Shown piece by piece: positions 29,120 to 39,055 of a stretch of DNA of 64,000 nt. Source of the stretch: Candidatus Marinacidobacterium sp. (GTDB taxonomy: Bacteria > Acidobacteriota > Vicinamibacteria > Marinacidobacterales > Marinacidobacteraceae); NCBI GenBank assembly GCA_965220965.1, contig CBDCRI010000001.1:128001-192000 (forward strand), in the 5' to 3' direction. The first letter of the stretch is position 1, and every line of letters starts with the position of its first letter. The position numbers and the translations under genes were made by a program. The notes under the pieces are model-generated. The model was not told the origin of the DNA. It saw only the letters and a list, made by a program, of their open reading frames with translations, and did not search any database.

Positions 29120-29693
29120 GCCGGCGGGCGGCACCGCCGCCGAGGACGCCGCGTTCGCCGCCTGGCAGCTGCGCCTGATGGACGCCGCCGACCTCGCCCT
29201 CCTGCGCCGCAAGGGGCGGACCGGCCAGACGCCGGCGTTCTGGCGCCTCGCCGCCCAGCGCCCGGCCAGCATCGGCGACCCCAGGCGGGCGGACGAGTGG
29301 GCCTGCATCATCCGCATCATGGCGCTGCTGATGCCCAAGGGCGCGCCCGGGCGCCGGGCGAAGCTGCACGACCGCGACCGTCGCCTCGGCGCCGTGCTGT
29401 GCGACGGCGGCGACCCCGAGTGGCCCGGGGAGGCCGCCCCCAGGCCGAAGGTCAGCGAGGCCCGGCTCAAGGCGCTGCTGGCCTCGCGCGGCCGCGAGCG
29501 CCTGCAGCGGCTCGCGCAGGCGGCGCGCATGCTCAGGCTGGCGCCGGGCACCGGCCTTGACGTGGGCGACCTCGCCCACGCCGCGCTGTTCCCCAGCGAC
29601 GCCGGCCGGATCTCGCGGCACTACCACCGGCGGCTGCTGGCCGCCCGGAATCCCGATCCCGAAACCCCAACCGAAGGAGACCCCTCCCCATGA
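29103..29693 (+). CDS. cas11: Type I-E small subunit Cas11 (CasB/Cse2)
   Basis: ADLALLRR, LGAVL, SEARLKALL, ISRHYH; position between cas8e and cas7. Confidence 0.85.
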   Translation: MPATAEPAGGTAAEDAAFAAWQLRLMDAADLALLRRKGRTGQTPAFWRLAAQRPASIGDPRRADEWACIIRIMALLMPKGAPGRRAKLHDRDRRLGAVLCDGGDPEWPGEAAPRPKVSEARLKALLASRGRERLQRLAQAARMLRLAPGTGLDVGDLAHAALFPSDAGRISRHYHRRLLAARNPDPETPTEGDPSP

Positions 29694-30820
29694 CAACCCC
29701 ACGGTTCGTGCAGATACACACCCTCACCTCGTACGCGGCGACGCTCCTGAACCGCGACGACAGCGGCCTCGCCAAGCGGCTGCCCTACGGCGGGGCGGTG
29801 CGCACGCGCATCTCCTCGCAATGCCTCAAGCGCCACTGGCGCGACGCCGACGACGAGCACGCGCTGCACCGCATCGAGGGCTCGCACGCCTCGCTGCGCT
29901 CGCGCAGCCTGGTCAGCAAGCTGGTGATCGCGCCGCTGCGCGGCGAGCACCCCGACGAGGTCCTCGACGTGATCGAGGAGCACTGGCAGGTGGCCGTCTA
30001 CGGCGAGCAGGGCGCGGACAGGAAGAGCCGCCCCACGCTGCTGTTCGGGGCGCCCGAGATCGCCTGGCTCAAGGGCGAGGCGGCGCGCGTGGCGGCCGGC
30101 GCCGACGGCAGCGCGGAGGTCGCCGAGCAGGCGGCCCAGGAGTGGGGCAAGGGGTTCGCGCGCAACATCAAGGCGCTGCGCGCCAACGCGGCGATGCCCG
30201 GCGGCCTGGTGGCGGCGCTGTTCGGCCGCATGGTCACCTCCGACCCGGCCGCCAACATCACCGCGCCGGTGCACGTGGCGCACGCCTTCACCGTGCACGC
30301 GGAGGAGGCCGAGACCGACTGGTTCACCGCGGTCGACGACCTCGCCGGGGCCGGCGAGCCCAGGACCGACACCATCCAGGAGACCGAGCTCAGCTCCGGG
30401 CTCTTCTACGGCTACGTGGTGGTCGACGTGGCCGGCCTGCTCGGCAACCTGGCCGGCGACGCGGCGCTGGCGGGGCAGGTCCTGCACAACCTCTGCTACT
30501 TGGTCGCCGAGGTGTCGCCGGGCGCCAAGCGCGGCTCCACCGCGCCCTACGGGCGGGCCTCCTTCCTGCTCGCGGAGGCCGGCAGCCGGCAGCCGCGAAG
30601 CCTTGGGGAGGCCTTCCGCGCCCCCATCGGCCGGCACGACCTCGACGCCGCCGTCTCGGCGCTGTCCGCCCACCTGGAGCGGCTCGACAAGGCCTACGCC
30701 ACCGGCGAGGAGCGGCGCGTCATGTCGCTCGCCGACGGCGGGGCGCCGGCGGCCGAGCCCGCCACCCTGGCCGAGGTCGCGCAATGGGCGCAGGGGCTGC
30801 CGGCGGCGCTGTCGCAATGA
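29690..30820 (+). CDS. cas7: Type I-E Cas7 (CasC/Cse4)
   Basis: LNRDDSG.AK, RISSQCLKRHWR, ALFGRM, VAHAFTVH, DWFTAVDDL. Confidence 0.97.
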   Translation: MTTPRFVQIHTLTSYAATLLNRDDSGLAKRLPYGGAVRTRISSQCLKRHWRDADDEHALHRIEGSHASLRSRSLVSKLVIAPLRGEHPDEVLDVIEEHWQVAVYGEQGADRKSRPTLLFGAPEIAWLKGEAARVAAGADGSAEVAEQAAQEWGKGFARNIKALRANAAMPGGLVAALFGRMVTSDPAANITAPVHVAHAFTVHAEEAETDWFTAVDDLAGAGEPRTDTIQETELSSGLFYGYVVVDVAGLLGNLAGDAALAGQVLHNLCYLVAEVSPGAKRGSTAPYGRASFLLAEAGSRQPRSLGEAFRAPIGRHDLDAAVSALSAHLERLDKAYATGEERRVMSLADGGAPAAEPATLAEVAQWAQGLPAALSQ

Positions 30821-31542
30821 GCCGACGATGGCTCGCCCTCGCCCTTGAGGCGCCGCTGATGTCGTTCGGCGACGTCCGCGTCGACCGCCTCGGGCCGACC
30901 CGCGCCTTCCCCGCCGCCTCGATGGTGGCGGGCCTGCTGGCCAACGCCCTGGGCTGGGACCGCACCGCTTGGCGCGACCACCAGGCCCTGCAGGACCGGC
31001 TGGTGCTCGCCTCCCGCATCGACCGCGAGGGCCGCTCGCTCGCCGAGCTGCAGAACGCGGGCCTCGACGCCGGCGACCTCGGCTGGACCACGCGCGGCGA
31101 GCCGGAGGGGCGGAGCGGCGGCGCGGCCACCTACTCAGCCCCCCACCAGCGGGCCATGGACTACATCGCGGACGGCGCCCTGAGGGCGGTCGTGGGCCTG
31201 CGCGCGGCGGCCTCCGGGCCGAGCCTCGACGACCTCGCCGAAGCGCTCGACGCGCCCGCCCGGCCGCTGCACATCGGCCGCAAGCACTGCCTGCCCGCAC
31301 GGCCGCTGCTGGCGGACGGGGCCGGGCGGTGGGTGGACGCCGAGTCCGCCCACGCGGCGCTGGCGGCGCTGCCCGGCGACGGGCGGCTGCGGGCGACCTG
31401 GCCGGCCGGCGAGGGCCCGGAGGAGGGCCCCGACGTGGCGCGCGTCATCGACCTCGCCGACCTGCGCCTGTGGCGGGCGGGCCACCACGCCGGCGCGCGC
31501 CGCGTAGTGGAGGGCTGGGTCCGGCCGGCGCCCGCCGCGTGA
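30817..31542 (+). CDS. cas5: Type I-E Cas5 (CasD)
   Basis: LEAPLMSFG, P..SMVAGLLANALG, IGRKHC. Confidence 0.95.
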   Translation: MSRRWLALALEAPLMSFGDVRVDRLGPTRAFPAASMVAGLLANALGWDRTAWRDHQALQDRLVLASRIDREGRSLAELQNAGLDAGDLGWTTRGEPEGRSGGAATYSAPHQRAMDYIADGALRAVVGLRAAASGPSLDDLAEALDAPARPLHIGRKHCLPARPLLADGAGRWVDAESAHAALAALPGDGRLRATWPAGEGPEEGPDVARVIDLADLRLWRAGHHAGARRVVEGWVRPAPAA

Positions 31543-32276
31543 GCGCCCTGCACCTCGCCGTCGCCAGCGTCAGCCTCCCCGCCATGCTCCGGTGGGGGGA
31601 GGAGCGGGGCCTGACGCGCCTGGCCAGGCGGCGCGGCCGCGCCGTCGTCGACGAGGGGCTCATCCTCCACCACCTGGTGCGCGAGACCTTCGGCCCCGGC
31701 GCCCTGCAGCCGTTCCGCCTGCTGGCCGCGCGCGGCGAGGAGGCCGGCCACCTCTACGGCTACTCGGCGCTCGAAGCGGGGGCGCTGCGCGAGAGCGCCC
31801 AGGCCATCGCCTCGCCGCTGGCGCTGCGCGCCATCGGCCTGGAGCGCCTGGCGAGCAAGCCCATGCCCAACGGCTGGCGCGCCGGCCAGCGCATGGGGTT
31901 CGACGTCCGGGTCCTGCCGACCCGCCGGTCCTCGAGGGCCGAGGCGGGCGGCGACGGCCGGCGGAGCCGGGAGTTCGACGCCTTCGACGGCGCCGGCCCG
32001 CGGCCGCAGGGCCGCGAGTCGGCCTACCTCGACTGGCTGGCCGAGCGGCTCGCCCCGGCGGCCGCGCTCGAGCGGGACTCGTGCCGGCTGGCGGCCCACC
32101 GGCGCCGCCCCGCGGTGCGCGGCCGGCGGCTGATCCCAAGCTCGGAGGCGGTCATCCAAGGGACTTTGGCGATCACGGACCCCCCAGCCTTCAGCGCCCT
32201 GCTGGCGGCCGGCGTCGGCCGCCACCGGAGCTACGGCTACGGCATGGTGCTGCTGCGCGCGCCGGCCCCCGAGTGA
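31539..32276 (+). CDS. cas6e: Type I-E Cas6e (CasE/Cse3)
   Basis: C-terminal G-rich loop GVGRHRSYGYGM; last gene of the operon. Confidence 0.93.
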   Translation: MSALHLAVASVSLPAMLRWGEERGLTRLARRRGRAVVDEGLILHHLVRETFGPGALQPFRLLAARGEEAGHLYGYSALEAGALRESAQAIASPLALRAIGLERLASKPMPNGWRAGQRMGFDVRVLPTRRSSRAEAGGDGRRSREFDAFDGAGPRPQGRESAYLDWLAERLAPAAALERDSCRLAAHRRRPAVRGRRLIPSSEAVIQGTLAITDPPAFSALLAAGVGRHRSYGYGMVLLRAPAPE

Positions 32277-32325
32277 GGGCGCTGGTTGGACGAAGCCGAC
32301 GCTGACGGGAAGCGCGCCCCCGGCC

Positions 32326-33186
32326 TCACGGGGCCGGGCCGACCGCGCGCGGGCCGGCCGGCTCCATGGCGACCTTGACGGACGCCCTCAGGCGCGCCTC
32401 GGAGCCCTGCGCCCCCAGGGTCGCCTGCGGGGCCGGGCTCCGGTCGGCCTCGACGTGCCGCCGAAACTCGGCACTGGTCTTCTCCAGCCAGCGAACCAGC
32501 CTTGCCGTGTCGGCGAAGCCGGCGCCGTGCAGCGCGTCCGCCGTCCTCCGGAGAGCCCCCCTGCGCTGGCGCATCGGCAGCTCATGGGCACGGGTCACGT
32601 GGGAGGCCACCCAAGCGCCGATGCGCTCCGGGGAGCCGCCGGATAGCCGCCGCAAGGTCAGGTCCGGCGACAGGATGAAGTCCCGGCCGTCGCCAAGGAC
32701 CGTGCGCGCCCAGGCGTTGGCCCGCTCATGGTCTATCGTGTTCAGGTTGTTGGTGCTCAGCAACGTGGCCCCGTGAATGAGCGCTTGGGCGAGAATCAGC
32801 GGATCGCCGGCAGGCGGGTCAGGGACGGGGGCGGCAATCCCGCTGGGCAGCGACCTGACGATGCGGGCGGCGTTCGCCGCCTGCTGCCAGGTCTGCTCAA
32901 CGCGGCGGTAGGCGGTGTCCTCGCGGTCGAGCTCCGCCCGGAACCACTGCTGCGCGGAAGCCATCATCCGTTCCGCAATCTCCGATTGCGCCCCTTCCCC
33001 CAGGTTGCTCCGCCCTTGAAAGAGCTCCTGGGCCCTCTCCGCTTGGGTGATGCGGATGCCGCGCGTGACCTCGTCGAGCACTTCCGGCAGGATGAGCAGC
33101 TCATGGCCCTGCTCAAGGGCGATGGCATGCAGCAGCGTTCTGGGCGTCGGACGCAGCAGCAGGTTGGTGTCAGGGGCCAGGAGCAT
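32326..33186 (-). CDS. PIN-like domain protein (pair 1, toxin-like)
   Basis: DTNLL, EVLDE, GDPLI, LSTNN acidic PIN pattern. Confidence 0.65.
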   Translation of the reverse strand: MLLAPDTNLLLRPTPRTLLHAIALEQGHELLILPEVLDEVTRGIRITQAERAQELFQGRSNLGEGAQSEIAERMMASAQQWFRAELDREDTAYRRVEQTWQQAANAARIVRSLPSGIAAPVPDPPAGDPLILAQALIHGATLLSTNNLNTIDHERANAWARTVLGDGRDFILSPDLTLRRLSGGSPERIGAWVASHVTRAHELPMRQRRGALRRTADALHGAGFADTARLVRWLEKTSAEFRRHVEADRSPAPQATLGAQGSEARLRASVKVAMEPAGPRAVGPAP

Positions 33187-33415
33187 CCTTCGGCGCCTCC
33201 CCCTCCGCACCCGTGGCCCCTTGGGCCATTCCCCGGTGCTGGCGCATGGCGATGCACCATTGCTCGTGCTCGGAGAGGGGAACGTCCTTGAAGGGCGCGT
33301 GCGCATCGACGTCCGCGTCCGCAACGATCTCCCGGGCGGCGGCCTCCCCGACCACGCCGGCAACCGCGGCGCGCTGCGTTTCGATGAAGCGGAGCTTTTC
33401 CGGTGGGATCGCCAT
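33170..33415 (-). CDS. Small partner of PIN-like gene (antitoxin-like)
   Basis: 81 aa, overlaps the PIN start; TATAAT upstream. Confidence 0.55.
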   Translation of the reverse strand: MAIPPEKLRFIETQRAAVAGVVGEAAAREIVADADVDAHAPFKDVPLSEHEQWCIAMRQHRGMAQGATGAEGEAPKDAPGP

Positions 33416-33504
33416 GGCCCCTCAATTATAGCAGCGGCGGCGGGGATTGCCGCAAGGCGGGGCCATGCAACGGGCCCGCCGGCTCCCTGCGCGGGCGGCC
33501 GCCC

Positions 33505-34368
33505 TCACGGCGAGCCGCCGGCCAAGCCGTCGAGCCCAGGGCGAATGACGAGCGCCAGGCCGCCCGCCGCCGCCAGGAAGGGGCCGAAGCGAATGGGCGC
33601 GTTGCGGTCGCGGCGGCCCGTCAGGGCCGGCGGCAGGACGCACAGGACGGCGGCCGCGGCGGCCAGCGCCAGGACCGCCGGCAGCGCCTGCCAGCCCAGC
33701 CAAGCGCCGATGGCCGCGCAGAGCTTGAAGTCGCCGCGGCCCATGCCCTCCCTGCCGGCGGCAAGCTTGAACGCCCAAGCGGCCGCCCACGGAAGCAGGT
33801 AGCCCGCCGCCGCGCCGCCGACCGCCGAGGCCAGCGGCGCGAAGGCTCCCGACAGGTTGGCCAGCAGGCCGCACCAAAGCAGCGGCAGGGTGAGCCGGTC
33901 GGGCAGGAGGCCTGCCTCGAGGTCGAGGCCCGACAGCGCGATCAACGTCCACAGGCACAGGGCCGCCGCCACGGCCGCCCACGTCAGGCCGAAGGCCAGC
34001 ACGGCGGCCAGCGCCGCCAGCAGGCCGAGCAGCTCGACGATCGGGTAGCGCGGGCTGATGGGCGCGGCGCAGGCGGCGCAACGTCCGCGCAGGCGGAGCC
34101 AGCCCAGCACCGGAATGTTGTGCGCCACCTTGATCCGGGCGCCGCAGGCCGGGCAGTGCGAGCGCGGCACGGCGAGGTTGAAGGGGACAGGCGACGGCTC
34201 GGCCGCGGCGCCGAGCTCGGCGGACGCCTCCAGCCGCCAAGCGCGGGACAGCATGATCGGCAGCCGGTGGATGACCACGTTCAGGAAGCTGCCGACGGTC
34301 AGGCCCGCCGTGAGGAGCAGGCCGCCCAGCACGGCCAGCCCATGGCCAGTCGCCTCGATCTCCGCCAT
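33505..34368 (-). CDS. pilD: Prepilin peptidase (A24)
   Basis: GSFLNVVIHRLP, SHCPAC, GRCAAC, LLPD, GMGRGDFKL, FGPFLA. Confidence 0.93.
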   Translation of the reverse strand: MAEIEATGHGLAVLGGLLLTAGLTVGSFLNVVIHRLPIMLSRAWRLEASAELGAAAEPSPVPFNLAVPRSHCPACGARIKVAHNIPVLGWLRLRGRCAACAAPISPRYPIVELLGLLAALAAVLAFGLTWAAVAAALCLWTLIALSGLDLEAGLLPDRLTLPLLWCGLLANLSGAFAPLASAVGGAAAGYLLPWAAAWAFKLAAGREGMGRGDFKLCAAIGAWLGWQALPAVLALAAAAAVLCVLPPALTGRRDRNAPIRFGPFLAAAGGLALVIRPGLDGLAGGSP

Positions 34369-34607
34369 CCCAGCCTCAAGCGAGGGATCCGGGCGCCAAG
34401 GCCACCTGCGGCCGGAGGGCCTCGACCCCGCCGTTCCGCCCGGCAAGGACGCCCATGGCCAACGGCTCCCCAATGCGCAGCATGGGCAAGCGGCGGGCTT
34501 CAATGCGGCGGCGCGCCTCTTCCGACGGGCGTGGCTCGGTTGTCGCGATGGGTTTCAACTCCCTCAGCGGGGCGCCGCTGCAGCGGCCGTCCCTTCCGGC
34601 CGGACAA

Positions 34608-34708
34608 TTGTAAACCGCCCGCCATCCGCCCTTGAAAGGGGAGGAATGCGGCAGCGGGCACGAATCAAAAGAGCGACTCCCCTCCACCAAGGGCTTGGCG
34701 CGCAGGGC
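34608..34708 (+). promoter_or_regulatory. CRISPR leader A
   Basis: Alignable by eye to the leader at 35352-35449. Confidence 0.6.
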
Positions 34709-34920
34709 GTGCCCCCGCCCACGGGGGATGCGCCACTGACGACGCAGCCTCGCGAACCTCCAGCTGCGGATTGCCCCGCCCGCGCGGCGATGGACCTTGC
34801 GCGCCGTGCCCCTCCAGCCGATTTTTGGGTTTGGCCCCGCCGGCGCGGGGATGATCCAGGTTTGGACCGTGCGGTGCCTGTGGTTTGGCTGACTGCCCCC
34901 CCCTGTGCGGGGACGGCCTC
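34709..34920 (+). CRISPR. Degenerate type I-E array A (4 repeats, 3 spacers)
   Basis: CCCCGC..GCGGGGATG-like repeats at about 34709, 34771, 34831, 34893 (about 61-bp period). Confidence 0.75.
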
Positions 34921-35351
34921 TTGCATCAGCGTGAAGCGCATTGAGGGGGCATCCCCATTGACGGCTCCGGACAGGCCCCCCCCTGCGGCGCCATGAGGCT
35001 GGCTCTCGCCGTGTTGGGCTTTCCAAAGCGCGATGGCTTGGGGAGGCCGCCCCCGACACTGGGCCTTGGCCCCGCCGGGGCTCCGCAATCCGACGGTCTG
35101 GGACGTCCGCCCTGAATGGCCCATGGGCCCAGCATGCGGAAGCCCGGCTCCCGTGCGCAACGCCCCGGTGGGCCGGGTGGACGGTTGGCGCCCCGCTGCC
35201 ACCATGGGGGACTTCGTCGCCGAGCCTGCCAAGGACCGCTTCGGCGCGCGCCGCGCGCTCCGGCGACTAGGGCGAAAGGTCCGGTCACCTCTCATCGAGA
35301 GCCGTTGGAAGGCGGCATGCGCAGCTCGGGAATGGCGCTTTTGCGCGATTG

Positions 35352-35449
35352 CTGTACACTGGCCGACATCGGCTTTGAGTTGGGGAGGATGCGGCAGAAA
35401 GTACTCTAGGCGCCCACAACAGGCATTCAATCAAGGACTTAGTGCATAG
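35352..35449 (+). promoter_or_regulatory. CRISPR leader B
   Basis: More AT-rich; TACACT about 95 bp before the first repeat. Confidence 0.6.
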
Positions 35450-35971
35450 GCTGGCCCCGCCCGCGCGGGGATGGACCCGGCAAATTACTTTACCGCGGTC
35501 AGTGGAGTGACTTGGCCCCGCCCTCGCGGGGATGGACCCAGGGACCGTTATGCAGTCGATCAATCGAAGGACTTGGCCCCGCCCGCGCGGGGATGGCCCC
35601 TTGTCGAGCAGGAAGGGATGAAGGTGATCGTGGTTGGCCCCGCCTGCGCGGGGATGGGCCGTCGAAGGGAAAGTTTGGTTGCGAACTGATGTCGTTGGCC
35701 CCGCCTGCGCGGGGATGGTCCCGAGTTAATCGAGGGCAGGACGGAAAGTCTTGCGTTGGCCCCGCTTGCGCGGGGGTGGACCCTGAAGATCGGGGCTTGG
35801 GACGATGCCGGCATTGTTGGCCCCGCCCACGCGGGGATGATCCAGATTTGGACCGCGCCGTGCCTGCGGTTTAGCTGACTGGCTGCCCCGCCTGCGCGGG
35901 GATGGGCCTCCATCGATGAACAGGAGCCGACCGTTCCTCGACGCTCGCCCCGCCCAAGCGGGGATGGACCG
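35450..35971 (+). CRISPR. Type I-E array B (9 repeats, 8 spacers)
   Basis: Repeat approx. TTGGCCCCGCCYGCGCGGGGATGGACCC, 61-bp period. Confidence 0.97.
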
Positions 35972-36887
35972 ATGGCAGGAGTTGGGACGCGATTCGGGTT
36001 TAGGAGGACGCCAATGGGACTGAGCGTTGCACAGTCGGTGGACTCGACGAGCTAACCCGCACGGACATGGAGGACCGCGAGTTGCCCGACGAGGCGGCTT
36101 CGGCGCTTCCATCCTGAAAGGCCATCGACTGGGTCTGGCGAACCCCAGCCCTTCCGTGGCGACACGAGTCGAGACGAACGGTGTCCAAGACACCGTGGGG
36201 CCGCCCGTACACCGCCATGCTCGTAGAGATCGACTGCGTGGAGACCAAGCCTAGGAAGCCCATCCGCGAGCAACAGGCGCCTGCGCCCTAGCGGCGGCCG
36301 GCGCTCCAGCTGATTGCTCACGAGAAAAAGCATGGTCATTCACGAGCAGCCAATCCGCCTGCCACTCGCATTTCACGGAACTGGCATTCGCAGTCGCCTC
36401 GAGGCCATCGTCCTGGGCTCCGACGCCGTGCGGGAGGAGGTTCGCGAGTCCCATGGGCGCTGATGCAGTCTCACGACTTGTCGGATTGATTGCCTAGAGC
36501 GGCTCTTTTGCCAGAGCCCCTCGAAATGGCAACAAACGCGCACGCGAAGCGAGAGGTACTCCCCGTGAGGCCGGGCTTTCCGCGGAACCTCGCTAGGAAC
36601 AAGTTGGGGCAACATTGCGCCCCACCTTCGGCTGCGAATCCACATCAAGGCTAAGCCGTGCTCTTACATTGGCACGTCTTCCGGGGAAAGTAGGTGTTGC
36701 CTAGTGCAACTGGCTAACGCTGCCACAACACCAAAAGAAGGCTCCTTCTAGCCCAAACCTTTGCCGCGCCTCAACACCCCATGTCTTGAAGCATCCCTTC
36801 ATTCACGGTTCCCGAGGACACGACGCGCGGGGGAGGACGCCACCCTTCAGATTGCACCTTCCCCCACCTTGATTCGCGAGCGCCCCT

Positions 36888-38696
36888 CTACCCAAGAGGG
36901 CCTCCACAATTCGGGTAAGAGGGACACCCCGACCCGCCACCGCACGTAACAGCTATCTTGGGGTAACCCGAGCAGCTTTCACTATTGCCACAAGGAGACT
37001 GACAGGTGGTCAACGTGTGGTTGTAGAAACAAGTAGTCCCTTGTGGAGTATCCCAAACTTCCGAGAAAGTCTGATAGTCAAGTTCTGGGTCGCAAGAGGG
37101 GGGAGGTTTCGGTTCTGGGCACTTTCCGCAGTTGAGAGTCTTGGAGCAGTTCCGTGAGAGGCCCACGTTGGCGCAGGAGGCCTGGGCGCACTGCCCGGTT
37201 CCGGGCGTGCAAGTCCGGTGCTCCTTTCCGTACTTAAGCGTGGGGCCACAGTCATCCGGTGCGCAGGCGGCCGAGCAGCCCCCCCAGTCGCTGATCGTTC
37301 GCTTCGTGCCGCAGTTCTTGGTGCAGGACGCTTGGAGCGGGTACCCCGCGCAGGTCTGGTGCGCGTAGCTGCCGGTCCCGGGCGTGCAGGTCCGGTACTT
37401 CTTTCCCGACTGGGCCCCGCACTTCCCGGTGCACGAGGCTTGGCAAGCCCCGTATTCGGAGACGTGGCGCGGCGCGCACCCGCGCGACTCGGTTTCCGTC
37501 CCCGCCGGGGGGGTGCAGCCCGCGCCGCAGGTGGCGCCGCTGCAGGTCCGACTGCAGGTCCTTGACTGCTGGCCGTTCGAGCAGCCCGACCAAGCCCCGC
37601 AGGACCATCCGGACAAAGTTCCCTTTTGCCCGGGATTCGTCCCCGTGGCCAGCCGGCTGGTCCCCGGGCAGCTGGCAGGTGACGCGGAGCGCGTTTGCGT
37701 GAACTTCGTGCCCTTACAGTAGGAGCTCGTTGACGGAGCCCAGCTCCCGTAGCTGCACGTGCAGTCCGTCCTGGTGCCAGGCGTGGAGGTGGCCGGCTTC
37801 TGACCCGTCGGCGTGCAGCCCGACGGGCTCTCCCACACGGAGCGGCTCGCCGACTGGGGCGGGCAGATGGTCGACGGGTCGGGGCTCCACGCCGAGGTCT
37901 GCCAGCGGCAGGGCGGGGTGGAGCAGTTCTGCTTCGTGCCGGGCATTGTCGTCGCCGGCTTCGCCGCGCTCGGCGTGCAGCCGGCGGCGCTCGAGCGCAC
38001 CGTGCGGGTGGCGGAGTACTGCGGGCAGAGCGTCGCCGGGTTCGGGTTCCAGGCGCCCACCTGCCAGTCGCACGCGCAGGGGCAGCTCACGCTGCACGCC
38101 CGCGACAGAACCTGCCCGTCGCAGGTCTCCGAGGCGTGGCTGCCGGTCCCCGGCGTGCAGGTCCGCGTCTGCTGGCCCTGCGCCGTGCCGCAGTTGTCCT
38201 GCGCCCCGCAGGAGGCGGAGCACGCCCCCCAGGGGCCGAGCGAGCGCGGCGCGTTCGGGGCCGCGGTGACCGGCGTGATCGAGACCAGGCCGCGGGCCTC
38301 CCAGCGCTTCACCTCCTCCCACCGGGGCGGCCAGTCGATGCGGCCCTGGTTGGCGGGCGGGCTCTCCACGTCGCTGCTCTCGCCGCCGAACAGCAGCGGC
38401 CGGCCGGCGTCGCCCCAGGCCGGCAGCGCCTTTATCTCCAGCTCGGTGCCGATGGGGTACGGCGGCATCGGGTAGTCGGCGGTGGCGCGCAGGTGCAGGT
38501 CGCCGCCGGCCCCGAAGCGCATGATCTTCGGGTCGGTGAGGCAGTGCGAGGAGCCCGCCGGACCCTCCTGCGCGACAATGAAGCCCCCCAGGCTGCCCGG
38601 CGGGCACTCGTTCTCCTGGGCCAGCGCCAAGGAGGCCGACAGCAAGGCGGCCACCGCCGCGAGCAGGCCAAGCTTCCGGTGCGAACTCCTGTGCAT
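36888..38696 (-). CDS. Secreted Cys-rich protein with thrombospondin type-1-like repeats
   Basis: Signal peptide; WGACSASC...TRTC and W..S.W.P....C repeats; GGAGG before the ATG. Confidence 0.75.
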   Translation of the reverse strand: MHRSSHRKLGLLAAVAALLSASLALAQENECPPGSLGGFIVAQEGPAGSSHCLTDPKIMRFGAGGDLHLRATADYPMPPYPIGTELEIKALPAWGDAGRPLLFGGESSDVESPPANQGRIDWPPRWEEVKRWEARGLVSITPVTAAPNAPRSLGPWGACSASCGAQDNCGTAQGQQTRTCTPGTGSHASETCDGQVLSRACSVSCPCACDWQVGAWNPNPATLCPQYSATRTVRSSAAGCTPSAAKPATTMPGTKQNCSTPPCRWQTSAWSPDPSTICPPQSASRSVWESPSGCTPTGQKPATSTPGTRTDCTCSYGSWAPSTSSYCKGTKFTQTRSASPASCPGTSRLATGTNPGQKGTLSGWSCGAWSGCSNGQQSRTCSRTCSGATCGAGCTPPAGTETESRGCAPRHVSEYGACQASCTGKCGAQSGKKYRTCTPGTGSYAHQTCAGYPLQASCTKNCGTKRTISDWGGCSAACAPDDCGPTLKYGKEHRTCTPGTGQCAQASCANVGLSRNCSKTLNCGKCPEPKPPPSCDPELDYQTFSEVWDTPQGTTCFYNHTLTTCQSPCGNSESCSGYPKIAVTCGGGSGCPSYPNCGGPLG

Positions 38697-39055
38697 GCCG
38701 CCTCCCTCGCGCGATGCGCCCGCCGCCAGCCGGGAAACGGCTCCGCAGACGCTTTCGAATGGAATCCTTCTATGCTGGCCAGCAGTATAGCAACGGGCAC
38801 CTTGCCCGCCACCGCGGAGGCTGCGCGTCCGCCGGGGCCGTGCCGGCCGGCCACGGGTCGCGGCGCCCAAGCGGAAAGCCCCTCCCGCTCCCCCCCCCCC
38901 CCCGGCTGACCGGACGTCACTTTCCCCCAATCAATTGAACAGCTTGGGTCCGCCTCCTCGACCCATTCCAGCTGCCAATCCCCCGGCCACCCGTTGATCC
39001 CGTCGGGCCTCCGCCGTGGATTCAAGGGCACGGGACCACCCGCCAGCGTCGGTCT

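Noticed and set aside
29557-30816. Apparent long N-terminal fusion on Cas5
   Set aside because: Off-frame overlap with cas7; the true start is the ATGA overlap at 30817, and there is no HNH motif
27572-32276. CRISPR-associated transposon interpretation
   Set aside because: No TnsA/B/C/TniQ in the window; the tyrosine recombinase is 20 kb away with no evidence of linkage
36888-37150. DGR or shufflon at the adhesin tip
   Set aside because: No reverse transcriptase, template repeat, adjacent invertase or sfx-like sites were seen
38888-38903. Long poly-C run
   Set aside because: Intergenic with no clear target gene, and the length is unreliable without reads
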